A stretch of DNA of 64,000 bases from Phoronis australis (lineage: Eukaryota; Animalia; Phoronida): positions 139,609 to 203,608 of the forward strand of contig NMRA01000639.1 in NCBI GenBank assembly GCA_002633005.1, given 5' to 3'. Positions 49,401 through 61,800 of the stretch are shown piece after piece (position 1 is the stretch's first letter; each line of letters opens with the position of its first letter). The notes under the pieces are model-generated. The model did no database searches and was not told where the DNA came from. It saw only the letters and a program-made list of their open reading frames with translations. The position numbers and the translations under genes are program-made.

Positions 49401-52400
49401 ACTGAAATCTCATCACTTTATTGACAACTATGACTTAATCCTGCTGGAGCATATCCTTATTTATTATTAATGAAAAGTACATTTTTTTCATTAATGCCAA
49501 AAACTTGTGATTGTAATAACGATCTTTACTCAGCCCAAATTGAGCTTATTGTAAACAACAAGTTGTATTTCTGCATATGTAGTTAAGTTTCTTAAGAGAG
49601 TCATTCATGTGACATTTCAAACGCTTAAGAGCTAACTTGAGTGCTAACTTAAGTGTAAATTTTGTGTTGTTACAGGTACGAGAGGTTCGAAGTGTTGGCT
49701 GTGTTTTCTTGCACAATGTTAGCTCAGTTAGGTGCTTTATTTGTTACAAAAGAAAGGTGAGATATTTTCCGTGGTTCCTGTTGATTCTGTTTCACAAACT
49801 AAACACACCTGCATAGGCACAACTCTTTTATCATAAAAGACAAGAAATCTTGGACACGATTTTGAAGTTTAGTCTGCGTATCTTGAAATCACAGTCAATT
49901 TCGTCACGTCTTGAATAATTTTCATTCTATCTTGCCATGTTTCATACAAAAAACATTTCTGGAGTGTTTTGAACTTTAGTGAAACATTTTGTGTGGTCGC
50001 ATCACCTACTTGATTCTCTCTTCCAAACATTGCTTCATTTTGTTGTTTGTCTTTTGTAATATGACGATTGTTTGAATTGAATTTTTATGTGAAATAGATT
50101 TTCCTAATTATGTTAGTAATTACGTGGGTTTCATCCCAGTGTGTGAATTACGTAATTCTGCACCACAATATTGTATTAAAACTAAGTGCGTGTGACCCTG
50201 ACTACAAAGAGCACCCTACATTGTCCTTAAGTTCAGTAGCCATATATCAGTGCTGCAATCACTATTAACAGCAATGAAATAACAGTTAACGACAACATGT
50301 TTTATTTTCAGTGTTGAGAGGTTGCTTGAACCTGAAGAAATTCACTTGTAAGTAATCAGTGAAAAAATGCCGTTATGATCTGTTGTTGTTTTCGATTTTT
50401 AAAATTTTTTGTTCTGTCTTCAGTTTAGTGATTGACATGTTGCCAGATTTAGTGGTGTTCTCATAAACCATTCTTGAGGTGATTAAAAAGGTGTTGTGTT
50501 ACATTTCTGTGGCTTTATGTTATCTTTTCAATCTGCACAAAGTCTCTAGCATTGATTTTTCTACTTCATCGATAGTTTTATATTTTGTGACTACATTGAT
50601 CCTTCAGTTATTTCCAAAGGCCAACTACCTTGCAGTAAAACCTTCATAAGCTGGACATGCATAAGTCAGTCTTGCTCTCATCTCCGACAAAGTTCTGCAG
50701 TAAAATATTCTATTTCGAAATCAGATTTCGTCATTACTCAAATAAAGCCTCTTCACCCACCAACTTGTACGTTTTACTTTAATGGTCAAAATTATTCAAA
50801 ACGTTGTTGCACAGAAGCTGTACATTACAAACCATCCAATATTTCTTTCTGGTGGGAAATTTGACAAAATAAAGTGCTGTCACTGTTGACTTTATTTCAG
50901 AGGTCGCCTGTTGATGGGTGCCATGCTAGCCTTATGTATACACATTATCACAGTGTACAGCCTCAATAACAAAGCTATCACGCATGTTGTGGATGCCTCC
51001 AGCTCTAGTTGGTTACAAGAACATGTGGCTGACATGAGTGAAAGGTAACATAGGGGGCAGCAGTGGCTGACACGAGTGAAAGGTAACATAGGGGGCAGCA
51101 GTGGCTGACATGAGTGAAAGGTCACATAGGGGGCAGCAGTGACTAACATGAGTGAAAGGTCACATAGGGGGCAGCAGTGACTAACATGAGTGAAAGGTAA
51201 CATAGGTGGCAGCAGTGTCTGTAAATGATGCGTCTTGACAGTATATTCGGATATTTAGGCCCATGAGCCTGTATGTGATGTTGTGCCTATGTGCCAACCA
51301 TTTTAGGTTATGTAGGACCTTGCTGACAGGTCTGCATATTTAGCCAAATATCTACAAAATTATAGATTTTAATTCAGTAAATGTGTAATCTGAAGGCAGA
51401 CAGCCTGTAGAGTTTGATCTTTCACTTGTTACCAATCTGTCATTATTTGAGTGATGTGACCATAACTTTTTTGTAAAATTCAATATTGATGGTAAAACAA
51501 CGGTATCCATAACACGTCAATCAAATTTTAGTTGATATATATTTTCAAGGCGGGCTCTCAAAAAAGCTGTTAAAGCTTCTAAAACTTTGATGGCCCCTGC
51601 TTTAAAAAACAATTCTATTTTTACAAAACATGACTTCATCTGTATCTGAAACTAATAGCCACATGCGTTTGGACAAAAATGTCTTTAAAAACACATTATT
51701 TTGAAAAAAGGGGCAGAGGCCTAAATACACACATGTATGGATAAACAGTTGCTATGATATAATTCGCGTCAAATGAAGTTCATTCACTGCTTACGTAGTG
51801 AATAACGCATTTATTGTCAATTGAATTATTGAACGCCTGTACACTTCATCAGTGTTTTACTACTGGGTACCACTATATTTTTTGGTGGCGCTCATTCCAA
51901 GTCTGACAATAATCGGTAACTTTGTAGTCACCAGGTGGTGCTAGAGAACAGACTCCTTTTTAATACTTGAGTAGATTGAGAGCAGCGTACTGACTCCTGT
52001 GTGCTGACAGTCCCTCATGACTACCTGAATGAGTGCAGCATGCTGATTAGCAGTCTCACACCTGATTGCATGCATTTCTATAGGAAGGACTTTAGATGTA
52101 CTAGTACCATCTAGTGAATTTAAGTCTGCCATTTCACACTGAATGTGAAACCCTGCTGTAATTTGAGACTGGCGTGCTTGTTCAAACTGAGTTGGAGAAT
52201 TTGTTGTCAACTGTTGGAAGTCTTGATCTGCTTTACGTTGTTCAGTATATGACCTGTCTGACCTGTCATGTATTTGTGATGAATGTTTACATATTCTGTT
52301 CTCTGTTTCAGTGTCTGTCACTTCATTCCTGGCCTCAGTAAAGTCTTGTTGCCAAGAATCAATCCCTTCATTCTGGTCGGCTATTCTGGTGCTCTCGCCG

Positions 52401-55400
52401 TACTGGGTGTATATTTTGCAGTAGACCTAAGGTATGACCGCTGAAAATGCGTCTTAAGTACGTTTAATCATGATCTTTAATAAGAAATATTTCACTGTCA
52501 TCATAGTTCGGGGTTTGTACTGGATATTTTGTCCACACCATGGTACCATGGTGCACACTTGTGCAATTGCATCAGCTGATGAAACTCATAAAATGTCTGA
52601 TCACCAACTGGTAAGATGGCAGGATAAAGTTTTCCTGTGGATTGTGTAAAGGCGTGTTTATGTCAGGGATAGGAGTTTTCCGCTTTACGGTGGATTTCCG
52701 ATTTTTCTGAGTAAAAATCAACCTTTTTATAGTATACTTTTTCCGTTGAGAAATTTTCCAATTATGATAAGGGGGAGGGGTTTGTTGCTTCATGATGCTC
52801 AGGCATTATTCAGTCCTATGACAATCGTTCATGTTTACATTTTTGTCATCTTCAGTGTCGCTAAGTCTCGTGGTAGAATATATGTTATCTACAATGTAAT
52901 TGGCCTAAACATCTATGGCAAGAGCGTGATAGGCAATCACAACAATTCTTACAAAAAACCCACAACTTGCACATGTTCATTGGCTGCTCTTCATCAATGC
53001 GTTTCTCTTTCGTATCGACTTTTTAATACTCAAAATACCCCATAAAATTGACAAGTGAGACAAAGCGAATGTATTTGGAATTGATACTAATATTGTAAAC
53101 AAGCTTCGATGGGATTGGTTGGATTGTGATAATAACTGTAGTAGATGGCAAGCATTATCTCGTGGCTGTTAGCATCGGCGATTTTGTGGGAAAAGCATTG
53201 TGTACCGTTAGTGGTGGCGTGATTAACTACTGACTCTTGAATGTAGAGGGTGGTTTTATTTTGAATTCAACCAATACTCCTATTGATTTGATGCACATTT
53301 TCATATAAATATATGAATAAGACAAAAAAATATCTACTACAGCTCAGATTGTTGGAAAGGTGGTTTCTGAAGTCTTATTTTTAAAAATTTTTATGGGGAT
53401 GTCCCCCAGACCCCCCTTCATTGCCCTCAAGTTTCTTTCTATTTGATGAACACCCACTCTCGTCCTGTTAGGCCTAGACTGCGTTCTGTAGATGTAAGAC
53501 GTTCTGAAGGAAAGGCTGAGTGTGATCTTGGGCTTCACTTCTAGTGGCAGTGCGTTTTTTGCCAGTTTCTTGCGTTTGCTGAACTAAGCCCTCATGTGTA
53601 GAAAGACTTATGTAGTTTCATGGCCATTATCTTTGAGTGTGCTCGACGTGTTCCTTGTGAAACCATGGTTACCTGATTGTTAACACGCTGTGTGTCCTTG
53701 TTTGTATCTCAGGTCCTATCACAGTGCAGACACAGTGGCAGCAGTGTGCATTGCAGCTATGACGTGGGGTACCATGTTCCCTATGAGCATATATAGCGGA
53801 AAAATATTACTACAGGTACTTGACTTGGTGCTGAGGAAAACTGAAAAATAGTTGAGTTTATAACAGTTACTCAAGTTGATTTTTAGTACAGTTCAAGCCA
53901 AAAGTATATCAGACAAAATGACCCAAAATTGTTCGTCATGACGGGTAGTCGGAATCCGAATTCATTTTCAGAGCACAGTCTTCTGAACGAACGGTGCGAT
54001 AAAAATTCTCCAGTTTGTGAAAGTTAAGACTTAATTATTTTGTTCGAGGTCAGAACACGTTCCAAATTCTAGAAATCGACTATGTTGGCCATCCCAAATC
54101 CAAGAATTGCCGGAAAGACACCAAAATTGCCCATGTCTGTGTCCCAAATTTAGAGACTGTCCCGAATTGATGAATTTGTACTGTTATTAACAGGAACATT
54201 TGTAAGGTAGCTCAGCCATACTGCAATTAGAATTTCGCCTCCCTAATAGTTACTGCTTGCTCTCAATAGAATTAAGCAACATGACTTGAAAATGTTATTT
54301 TGTTCGATTACTTTTGTCTTGTTCCGTAGGTGTGCTCGTCTGACTTTCTCTCTACTGACGTAACAGTTTACGACAGTTTTTGGCGGCATCCCAGAGCCTG
54401 TTGCATTTAGATCAATGAATACATCATTTGAGCGCAAAATTGATACACTGCTGAACAAACCCTAATAAGTGGCGTCAAACAATCTTTTCTTAAGAAATGC
54501 TATGTTTGTTCGCAATAGCATTGCACAGGTTTACAAGTCCAAACTTTGGGGTCCCTAGCTCAAGTAGAAAAAACTGTTATCCAAAGTTTGAGGCCTGTTC
54601 GGGAGAATCACCCTAACTGTAAATTTGAATCCTGCTGTTCATGGCTGAATGCTGTGTGTCTTCTTTGACTTTTTTGTGTTATTTCCAGACTACTCCATCC
54701 CATGTTATTGGACAGCTTGACAAGTGCCTGAGAGAAGCTTCTACTCTAGACGGAGTACTGGAGTTCAGACACGAGCATTTCTGGACTCTCTCCTTCAATG
54801 TTTTGGTAGGTCACATTTCTGGACCCTCTCCTTCAATGTTTTGGTAGGTCACATTTCTGGACCCTCTCCTTCAATGTTTTGGTAGGTCACATTTCGTTGG
54901 TTCTACATTACGGCCTTTAAAATGTGCTTTCTCAGGCAGGTCTGTGAAAATGTACGAAGCTCCCACTGTTCATTTTTGGGCTCTCACTGTTCATTTTTGG
55001 GCTCCCACTGTTCATTTTTGGGCTCCCACTGTTCATTTTTGGGCTCCCACTGTTCAGTTTTGGAATGGGTCTTAGGGCTCTGTCAGAGGAAGGTAGTTTT
55101 CAATACAATGCCAACTGTTTAAGGCAATGGGCTGAAATTGAATGGAAATGGAATACACATTGGAAACGCTAATAAAATGTTGGGTCTCGAGTCACCCATT
55201 AAATTCATTTTGTTTAGACTTGAAATAGCTGTAATAAATACCTAGATCCTGGGAAGCCAAACATTTACTTACACTTGAAGAATTGTGATAGAATAAATGG
55301 AAATATTGATCCAATTTTTCTTCCCTTTGTGTCTCTGAGTAATTCAGCTGCAGCTCTTCTTGCAAACAGCCGGTTTATAGGCTTTTGCAATAATGTTAGG

Positions 55401-56442
55401 AAATATTGCTTGGAAATATTAATGGCAGGAAATGATTTAAACTGGGGCTAGCGGTGTTCTTCATATTCTTGGAACCCCAGGGCTTCTTCTGAATGGTAAA
55501 AAAGTTAGAAAAAAAGTACCAGTTGCAAATTAACGACACTTTTTTTTCATACTGTGCCTAGCTGACTGTCTCATAAACTTTTCATGTTCTGCAGAACGAG
55601 CATTTCTCGTGTAGCTGCTGTAGACTTTGTTCAGCACATAATATCCGCTGTTGGAGAAAACAACGAAACATTTCTGTTACGGTTAATTAATCTCCTCGAC
55701 ACATCGGCTTTGTTGAAAAATTTTCTTCAATATCTGATTTGGACCAGTGCACAACTGGATGGGTTTGGTACTAAAGCTCAAGAAATTTTATCATTTGCTA
55801 TAAGAATCAACTGTGGCCATTTGGAGTTGGTAGTGGTACTCTAGTGTTAAGAATATTTTTGATAAAATATTTTTAGGAACTGGTTTTGATACTTGGAAAC
55901 TGTTTGCTAAGACAACTGCGATATATCAAGTTTGGTGTGTATTTCAGGCTGGTTCAATGCATGTGAGAATAAGAAGAGATGCCAATGAACAACTGGTATT
56001 GGCCCACGTCAGCAACCGTTTGGCGAACTTAGTGAACAACTTGACCATTCAAATATTTAAAGATGATTGGTCGCGGGCATCAGCGTATCAAATCATTACC
56101 AACCCATCGTTGACACCACCTAGACTTTCCAGCCCAAATTCAACAGTTCCACCGTCATTGTTCAAAGCGGACTTCAGCAAAATTTCATCGGGTTCATTCT
56201 CTCAGCATGCATCGGAACAAAGTTTTAATTTGTCTAACCTCACCAACAGTTTTGCCCAAGCCAACGGAGGTTTTAACGCAACGGCTAACAACAGTCTAAA
56301 TACCACCAGCCGGTCTGGTTATACTCAAAATGTGGACTACTTACTAGCAAGGACACTTGCTGGTCATTCCTCACTGTCCCATGGTCATTCTCATGACCAC
56401 AGTGATGGTCACTCGCATGGTGACCACGGCCATTCACACTAA
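43463..56442 (+). CDS. SLC30A6: Zinc transporter 6 (ZnT6, CDF family), 502 aa; join(43463..43550,46712..46842,47285..47369,48182..48224,49279..49344,49676..49756,50312..50347,50901..51044,52312..52431,53713..53815,54689..54805,55948..56442)
   Basis: ZnT6-specific stretches GTIHPF, MWCHTTNSMALTAFTYLTIFD, FSFGYERFEVLAVF, SSWLQEHVADMS, LLPRINPF, TMFPMSIYSGKILLQTTPSHVIGQLDK and AGSMHVRIRRDANEQLVLAHV. All introns GT-AG and in phase, 1509 nt in total. Exon 1 is chosen on ATG context, open frame and a phase-1 CAG|GTGAAT donor, so it is less certain. AATAAA at 56632-56637. Confidence 0.94.
45150..45897. other. Assembly gap (748 N) in SLC30A6 intron 1
   Basis: Continuous run of N. Confidence 1.
45898..46458 (-). 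mobile_element. LTR-like fragment abutting the gap
   Basis: Minus strand begins TGTCAG at 46458, followed by repeated ttctagaa/ttctggaa motifs, TATAAATA at 46125-46118 and short internal repeats. The other end is hidden by Ns. Confidence 0.4.
51025..51217 (+). repeat. 38-bp minisatellite x5 spanning the SLC30A6 exon 8 donor
   Basis: gtggctgacatgagtgaaag|gtaacatagggggcagca with minor variants. GT donors at 51045, 51083, 51121, 51159 and 51197. Confidence 0.95.
54776..54895 (+). repeat. 38-bp tandem repeat x3 spanning the SLC30A6 exon 11 donor
   Basis: catttctggac(t/c)ctctccttcaatgttttg|gtaggtca. GT donors at 54806, 54844 and 54882. Confidence 0.95.
54959..55063 (+). repeat. 21-bp minisatellite, about 5 copies
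   Basis: gctcccactgttcatttttgg repeated. Confidence 0.92.
55630..55819 (-). pseudogene. Possible decayed hAT transposase C-terminal dimerisation-domain fragment
   Basis: Minus-strand reading WPQLILIA...VPNPSSCA...RKFFNKAD...RNRNVSLFSP, with stops, loosely follows the P-x-L-x-x-x-A...P-x-S-S-x-x-x-E-R-x-F-S...R-x-x-L pattern. Confidence 0.25.
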
Positions 56443-58896
56443 TGAATCGGGTATTTGTTGTTATGCAATCAGTTACAGTAAAACTCACAAAAGTCAGATA
56501 TAAGTAATCTTCGTCTTCCAAGGTAAGGGAGGTATGTCCCAGTTATGGGATTTGACTTGTGTGAGTTTTGCTGCATACTATGGTTGTGAGGAACTTATGT
56601 TGATGTCTTAGATTTATACAAAATGTTCAACAATAAACCATGTGAAATGAATTTGTTTGTAAACTTATTTTAGTCATAATAATGCTCGAAACCAATTTGT
56701 AATGGAAGCCCAGGTGTCAATCCAAAACAAAATTAATTGCAACTAAAAAGATTTTTTCATTTCCAGTTTTCATTCTATGGACCATCGCATCAAGTTTAGT
56801 TTATAATCTGTCTGGGCACCGTTGTTCAGAATGACTTCATAGCAGCTGTGTCTTCATGTTCATTAACAAAACGCCCTCTATTACTGGCACGATGGGCAAG
56901 GTCACCAGTGGATTTGTGCAACACAAGAATCGCGAGTATACTCTAGACTGATTTATTAATGTACAACATTAATTTCTCCAGTTCATGTGACTATGTTTTA
57001 AGCATGATTAAACAAAACAAAAGATAAATGACGATGGCATTTTGTCCACGCATGATTTAACTCCTGCACTGTTAAAAAAATGCCAAGAAAGCTAGTTGGT
57101 TCTAACTTGCAGGTTCTTAAACATCATTTTAGAGGTCTGTTTTACCAACAATAAAATCTTCAATTTGGAAAAAAATTAATGGCTGAAATTGGTAATTTGT
57201 TTAGCTTTCAAAGTCTTCCTACACCCTGTAAATGCTTAACATTCTATCAAATATTGCTCGTTGACAAAAAAACCGCATAAACCAATTTTCCCAACTTAAA
57301 TTGAAAATCTAATCCTCTATATTGTGTCCCAAATGGAATTTTACCGTAGTCCAGAAATGTTGCATGCAGTGTGGTTCACAAACTGGCGCCTGGAAAATGG
57401 GTCAGCCAGCCACCCCAAGAAGCGAACGACACATCAGCTGTACGGAGCCATCCTGCAATGGTCCTTTAAACATCCAGGTGTCACCCGTTGACAAAAGAAT
57501 TGTTAAGTGTTTTGCATAAGACATCTTCAGTCCTTCAAGCAGAGTGTTATCAAGTGGGATTTTTTCGCTTATCGCCTTTGAACCAAGTGACTAAACAACC
57601 TAAGAGCTGGGTTCCATGAGCCCAGGGCAATCATGAAGCACTTTTAGGGAGAAATTGTATGGAACGAAAAAAATTCTATCCCATAATTCAACATTCCAAC
57701 CTCACTGACCAATCACCACTGTCATTTATCTAGAGTATGCCAATAATGTTCCGACCACACACGCAAAAAACTAGGTCTTGTTTTATGCGAGTTTTTGACA
57801 ACTTTGGAATACGCCCCAGAATAATGTACTTAAAAGTGTTTTTTGAAATGCTGACATCAGTCCAAAATAGTGTTATTTCAAGCAGTTTACTGAAAATAAA
57901 GGATGCAGACATTTCCTCCCTACAGCTAACTGCACCATCACAGCCTGCAATAGCTTGCAACAATATTTTCAAATTTGGAAATACAATGAACTTAAAGCTT
58001 GAGAAGTCGCACTGTTATGAAAAGCCATAACTAGAACCAACAACGCTTTCTTTGGGTAACGCTGGGGCAAGCAGGAGCAAATTTGCCAAAAATATTCTTT
58101 GACCAGTTTTTAAGAAGTCATGGTCTAAGAGAAAAGCCTAGAGCGCTCAATAATGCTATAACTTACAGTAAGATAGATTAAGTACTGCACCCAGAGAGTT
58201 TACAACAGAACGAGCAAGAGATGATGGTGTGGAGAAAACAGATCCTTTGATGACACAAAATAAATGAACTTGGAGACTAGATTCTTCACACTTTCAAAAA
58301 GAGATTATAGACCATCAAAACTAGATAATCATGCTACAACTCTCCACCTAAACTAATTTTAATTCCAGAGATTTCTCAGTACAACTATTGTGGCAACTGC
58401 TGGTACTCTACTGTATACAAAAGCTCAAATTGTTACGAGTACAAAACGGTGAATGGGGAGTTGATGCTTTTAGAAATCAATCAATAAGTTAATTATGTTA
58501 ATGAGGAAATAACGACAAACCACGTCACGATAAGTCGTCTAAAAATACGTACACATGGTACTAATAAAAAAAAATACGAGTTACGTGGTGGCGTATACTA
58601 ATATGAAAAGGTAAAACTAAGCCTAATGACTTTGAAGTGATGCAAAAATACAATACTGCTGGAAATAAGACAATCCTTTCCTATTAACAAACTAGCACCA
58701 TACACTTACAATAGTGATGTGAAAACGGTGGCTAGTAGTCAAAACAAACCATTATGAAGCTTGTTGTAACTGCCAAATGCCAATACATAGTATGTATAAA
58801 TAACCAGACTGGAACAGAAAACAATTATAAATAAAAATAAATAAAATATCAACGAGGATTAAAATACTACCGACTGGCATCACCAGGAATGCATGC

Positions 58897-61800
58897 TTAT
58901 GATGGGTTTTTTAGAATACGTTTTTGTCTGAAGTCGTAGACAGATCGACAGAGAAATACTGTCTCGTCATCGACCTCGGCTGGCGGGAGTCGACTTGAGC
59001 GGGGATACGGTGTCTGTGACAGGGGTACTACGCATGGTCTACAAGGCTGGGACTGTTCCAATCTTCTTTGCTCACTCTTGTACCTGTAAGCAGACAGTGA
59101 AGACAATACTATAAATGAAAGATGTCTAAAAGAAAATTTTAAATCTATCGACCATATTGAAAATAAGTTCGATAGCTTCAATGGTTAAAGGTGGAACTAA
59201 AGATGAAAAACATGGCTCATAAAGAATAGATGCAGGCTTATCCCGAGGGGGGTCCACTATAGGGGCCCACAAAACAACTGATGTAGGCTTATCACAAGGG
59301 GGTCCACTAAATGGGCCCACAAAACAACTGATGCAGGCTTATCCCGAGGGCATCCACTATATGGGCTCACAAAACCTTCCAATGCACAAACAGTACAAGT
59401 AATCTGACAAAATACTCTTATCATAACAGCTCGTTCTGGTAATAGCAAAAATGAATGGTAATAAGTATAAAGACTGCAAAATTTTAATTACAGAATGGCT
59501 TAGCCAGCATACTTACTTCCCCTTCATTCTCGGTCATCAGGGGAGACTACTCTGGCAATGAATTTGGTTTCCGCCCAACTCTCATGCTGGGGAATTCCGG
59601 ATGATTTTCACTTGGCTTGTACTGCACACGCACAAAATGACCCGGCACATTACAGGATAAAAGTATTCAGACAAGTGTTTCCTGTCAAGATGGCTAATTC
59701 TGCTCAGAGCAAAATGACGGACGGCTATTACGATGGGGAATGCCACTCGCACACAATGACAGAGAATTCCAGGTTCGATTTTTTAAATTAATTTTGGTGT
59801 GCGCAACACAGACTCTTGTAAAACCAGATGAAATAGTGCAAGACGACTCAGTTACCTGGCAAACTCACAAGGTGTGAGTACATAGGCCTTGTCTTCGATA
59901 CACGCCACGCTCGTCTCGTCCCAGTGTTTGGAAGTGAACAGCTCCTGGTGCACATGGTAAGCTAATCGCCCGGCGTCCGTGTGTTCAGGTCGGTAGTACC
60001 ATAACACGCTCATCATCTTCTCGTCTGCAGGTAGACAACACACCTGAGCTGAGAGGCCAGGATGACAGACAAAGGTTACGTTTACAGCTAAGGACTTTTA
60101 CCACCCTTTTAATCGTGTTTCCTGGCTATTTTACATAGATTCTACAGGACACTAAGATTCATTTTCTGAATGTGATTATTCTTTGTAAATGTTCAATAAA
60201 AACCAGATGAAAGTTTTAATAGTCATTTTCTTCACTACCCTATCAAGTCAAAACACTTTCTTGCTGGTTAAAAGATAACTACGAGAGCAAAAGTATTCCA
60301 CATCACCTGAGTTCGGTGGAGTATGCATCGGCTCATCAGATAGTCCAGGATTATATAAGGCAAGAAAATTCAATTCTTAGCGGGTAACAAAATGACACAT
60401 AGAGTTAAATTTCAAATGGTAAATTGCAGTGACGATTAAAGTAGAAAAAGAGATAACGATTATGACATCTATAAAAATTAATTATTTTACTCAAGGCAGC
60501 TTGTACCAAATTTTAGAACTGGGGAATATTGGCCAGCCCAAGTTCAAGAATTATGATCAACCACAAACATCATTCTCCCCCATGTTACACGCAATGGGCT
60601 TTTTTGACAAATGTTTGAACTACCCAGTTTATTTTCAGACTCTGTTGATCCAAAATGCAGTGTTTGATATTTGAGAAATATGAACACCAAAACCACTCAG
60701 GTCTCAATCTTCAGAAAACAAGTAAATTCAATTCCAGCTTGAATTTCCGTGTCTCAAATTTAGAGACTGCGCAAACTGGAGGAATTTTTACTGTACAAGG
60801 AAGTTATTTTCCATTTTCACACTTACTGTCTTGTGGATTCTCCCAGAGAGCTGCAACCTTTGCAACGTATGGCACATCCGACTTGCGAGGCCCAGAACAG
60901 ATAAGTACGCAGTCTCGCACACTGACGGTATCACCGTTCTTATGTCGCATACAAGGATAGCACCGTCGCTCAACGACTTGTTCGTCTGCCTATAAATGGA
61001 GACAATGTGCTTTTAATGTTTACAAACCAAATACAGTAATGATGTCTTTTCAACTGAGAATTCTACTAAGCTGTACATTATAGTAACTAAAACTTTAAGC
61101 AAATTAAACCAGTCAGTTATGTTGAAATAAACTTGAAAACAGAAGTTCTCTACCGGAAACTTTCATAGTAAATGTCGCCCGATGGGTGATTTATTTAAAG
61201 TGCGAAAGTATCCAACACTGAAAATATATTCTGGAAAGCATTGTAGTTTTTCACCCAATTATTTGCCAAGTGAAACAACCTGCCTCCCCCAATCTAGAAA
61301 TCGAACCTAAGATCTCCCATATACTAGCTCCAGACGTGTTTCCCCAGGGTTTCAAAAGGAACGCGGTGGTGAATCGTTGCAACAGATGCGGAGCGCCGTG
61401 ATATCAAGGTATGATGAGTTTTGAATCATTCTAACGTATTTCAATCACCATTTCAAGTTGCATTAGGAAGCGAACACGCCAGGACAGGACAATTTAATAA
61501 TCCATTCGATGCAGACAACTAGGCCTACTGAAATAACTAGACTGGTCCATGGTTTATCAAACTATTGACTATTTCGTGCAATATAATTCACATTGTTATA
61601 CGACCTCTTTTTATAAACGTGAACACAATAAAATGCCATAAACTGATTATGTTTAACAAGAGGAAAAGTTCAAAATTGGACTTTAATCACTCCTTCCCCG
61701 GTTCAAACCGCATTGATTGAAGGGCAAGATTACAAGTGGCGCGGCCAGAAAGAAGCGTGGCGGGCCACAAAGATATTTGCACCTATGGGAAACGCTACAC

